Positions 22,847 to 24,000 of a stretch of 24,000 nucleotides of DNA are shown piece by piece. Within the stretch, counting starts at the first letter, position 1; every line of letters begins with the position of its first letter. The DNA is from Deltaproteobacteria bacterium (GTDB lineage: Bacteria > Desulfobacterota > Desulfuromonadia > Desulfuromonadales > Geopsychrobacteraceae), in contig JAJRQI010000007.1 of the NCBI GenBank assembly GCA_024280335.1, forward strand, positions 23,599 to 47,598, in the 5' to 3' direction. The notes beneath the pieces were generated by a model. That model did no database searches, had not been told where the DNA came from, and saw nothing but the letters and a program-made list of their open reading frames with translations. Made by a program: the position numbers and the translations under genes.

Positions 22847-24000
22847 TTACCAGCCGAGCCACTCTGGACGGCGTGGAACTTCGATTGTTGCCTGCTTGTT
22901 CAGCTGGAAGTCGCCTCCGTTGTAAAGACTGGTGTAAATGCCAACTGTGGTTGTGCCGCGATGGTCTTCGTTGGTCCAGGTCGAAGGCGTGCAGACTCCT
23001 TCGAGACCAGCAGGGACAAAGTTAACCATCGTCTCCATTGCAGCCTTGATGTTCTCGCCAGTGATGGCGCCCTTTTTGTCAGCAATCAACATGGCCTCTT
23101 TCATATAAAAGGCCGAGCAGATACCGCGCATATAGTGCAGGTTGCGGTAAGTTTTGCCGGTCGAGTCAGACATTTTGGAGATCTCGCGCACGGTTTTCAT
23201 GCCAGAGGGCTTGGTGTCGTTCCAAGAGGGAGCACCGACAAAAACGGCCACGCCGTCACCCGCTTCTTTGGCAGCCTGGATGGAGTTCTCATCCCAGCCC
23301 CAGACGTTGGCCAAAAACTGCGGCTTGGCCCCGACGGTACGGCAAGAGTTGAGCAGAGAGATGTTCGACCCGGCGGTGTTGCCCAGGTAAGCGTAGTTGG
23401 CGCCGGAGTCCTTCAGGGTCAAGCATTGCGCTTTAGCATCGGCCGGCTTGAGGGAGTAAACGATCGGGTTGAGGACTTCGAACCCCAGTTCTTCAGCGTA
23501 TGCAGCACAGGCCGCCTTCGGTGCGTTGGGATAGGGGTGATTGGCGCCCATATGGATGAATTTCGGCTGGTCTTTGCTGCCTTTGGCCTTCCAGTCGTCA
23601 GCGGCCCACTGGACCAGTCCGCGGCAGGTGTCGGAGTAAGAGGGGCCGTAGAAGAAATTGTAGGGGGCCGGAGCCTTGGTTTTAGGGGACTTGCCGGTCG
23701 GGTCGGTCAGGTGCCCGGAGTACGAAGCGGAAAAATAAGGGACTTTGTCCTTGGCGACGAACTTGACCAGAGCTTCGGTGTCGGCGGTGCCCCAACCCTG
23801 AATGGCGACCGGTTTGAGGTTTGACATCCATTTTTTGTAGGTCGCGACGGCCTGCGGGGCCTTGTAGGAATAGTCAACAGTCTTGTAGTCGAGAAGCTTG
23901 CCGTTGATGCCGCCATTTTTGTTGATGTAGCTCATGGCGTCAGCGACGCCATTGCCGAAGGGACCGCCAACGTCTGAAGTCGGTCCGGTGTAGCAGGCCA
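22847..24000 (-). CDS. Liv-type (type I periplasmic binding protein) ABC substrate-binding protein, partial (5' end beyond the right window edge)
   Basis: INKNGGINGKLLDYKTVDYSYKAPQAVATYKK, AIQGWGTADTEAL and NYAYLGNTAGSNISLL are typical of the LivK/Leu-Ile-Val-binding family. The frame stays open upstream of the track ATG (manual: ...ACYTGPTSDVGGPFGNGVADAMSYINK), so the gene continues past 24000. Confidence 0.9.
   Translation of the reverse strand, partial: ACYTGPTSDVGGPFGNGVADAMSYINKNGGINGKLLDYKTVDYSYKAPQAVATYKKWMSNLKPVAIQGWGTADTEALVKFVAKDKVPYFSASYSGHLTDPTGKSPKTKAPAPYNFFYGPSYSDTCRGLVQWAADDWKAKGSKDQPKFIHMGANHPYPNAPKAACAAYAEELGFEVLNPIVYSLKPADAKAQCLTLKDSGANYAYLGNTAGSNISLLNSCRTVGAKPQFLANVWGWDENSIQAAKEAGDGVAVFVGAPSWNDTKPSGMKTVREISKMSDSTGKTYRNLHYMRGICSAFYMKEAMLIADKKGAITGENIKAAMETMVNFVPAGLEGVCTPSTWTNEDHRGTTTVGIYTSLYNGGDFQLNKQATIEVPRRPEWLGW

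Noticed and set aside
6330-23824. Other long plus-strand ORFs (6330-7238, 8467-9027, 9130-9705, 11586-12710, 12989-13804, 13827-14393, 14924-15817, 22649-23824) and alternative-frame minus-strand ORFs (5541-6008, 2480-2956, 11810-12181, 13927-14304, 15258-15602 and others)
   Set aside because: Each is nested in or antisense to a confidently identified gene. None has an SD or a family motif. I treat them as non-coding shadows.

Overview
GC-rich bacterial chromosomal segment. Gene content, REP-like repeats and sigma54 usage suggest a Desulfuromonadales/Geobacter-like anaerobe, but that is inference only. Every credible gene except one IS/kinase scar lies on the minus strand. Left part: a partial rubrerythrin/ferritin-like gene, a lipoprotein SGNH/GDSL hydrolase, and a DinG-type Fe-S helicase with an N-terminal RadC/JAB (JAMM) domain. 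An AT-richer islet (about 3700-4620) holds a transposase N-terminal fragment abutting a histidine-kinase C-terminal remnant. The core (4629-17837) is an amino-acid / 2-oxoacid locus with two operons. Operon 1 runs: sigma54 promoter, Leu/Phe/Val-type amino-acid dehydrogenase, an unusual OFOR gamma-GltD-delta fusion protein, OFOR alpha, OFOR beta, a structured ~100-nt repeat, an XRE-cupin regulator, a terminator. Operon 2 runs: a classical four-subunit OFOR (gamma, delta, alpha, beta), an inverted second copy of the same repeat, enoyl-CoA hydratase, class IV aminotransferase, and an ACT-PAS-AAA+ (TyrR/PhhR-like) sigma54 activator. The activator's stop codon lies inside one of two 16-bp palindromes upstream of the operon-1 promoter. 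A second AT-richer islet (about 17900-18830) carries a DUF4160/DUF2442-like pair and REP-like hairpins. Right part: a Liv-type ABC binding protein (partial), a LivF-like ATPase, a PaaK-like ligase with a degenerate P-loop, a Cys-rich protein of unknown function, and a family III CoA-transferase. I saw no rRNA, tRNA or CRISPR array. The most unusual items are the gamma-GltD-delta OFOR fusion and its sigma54/twin-palindrome control region, the JAB-DinG fusion, and the structured repeat placed after both OFOR beta genes.
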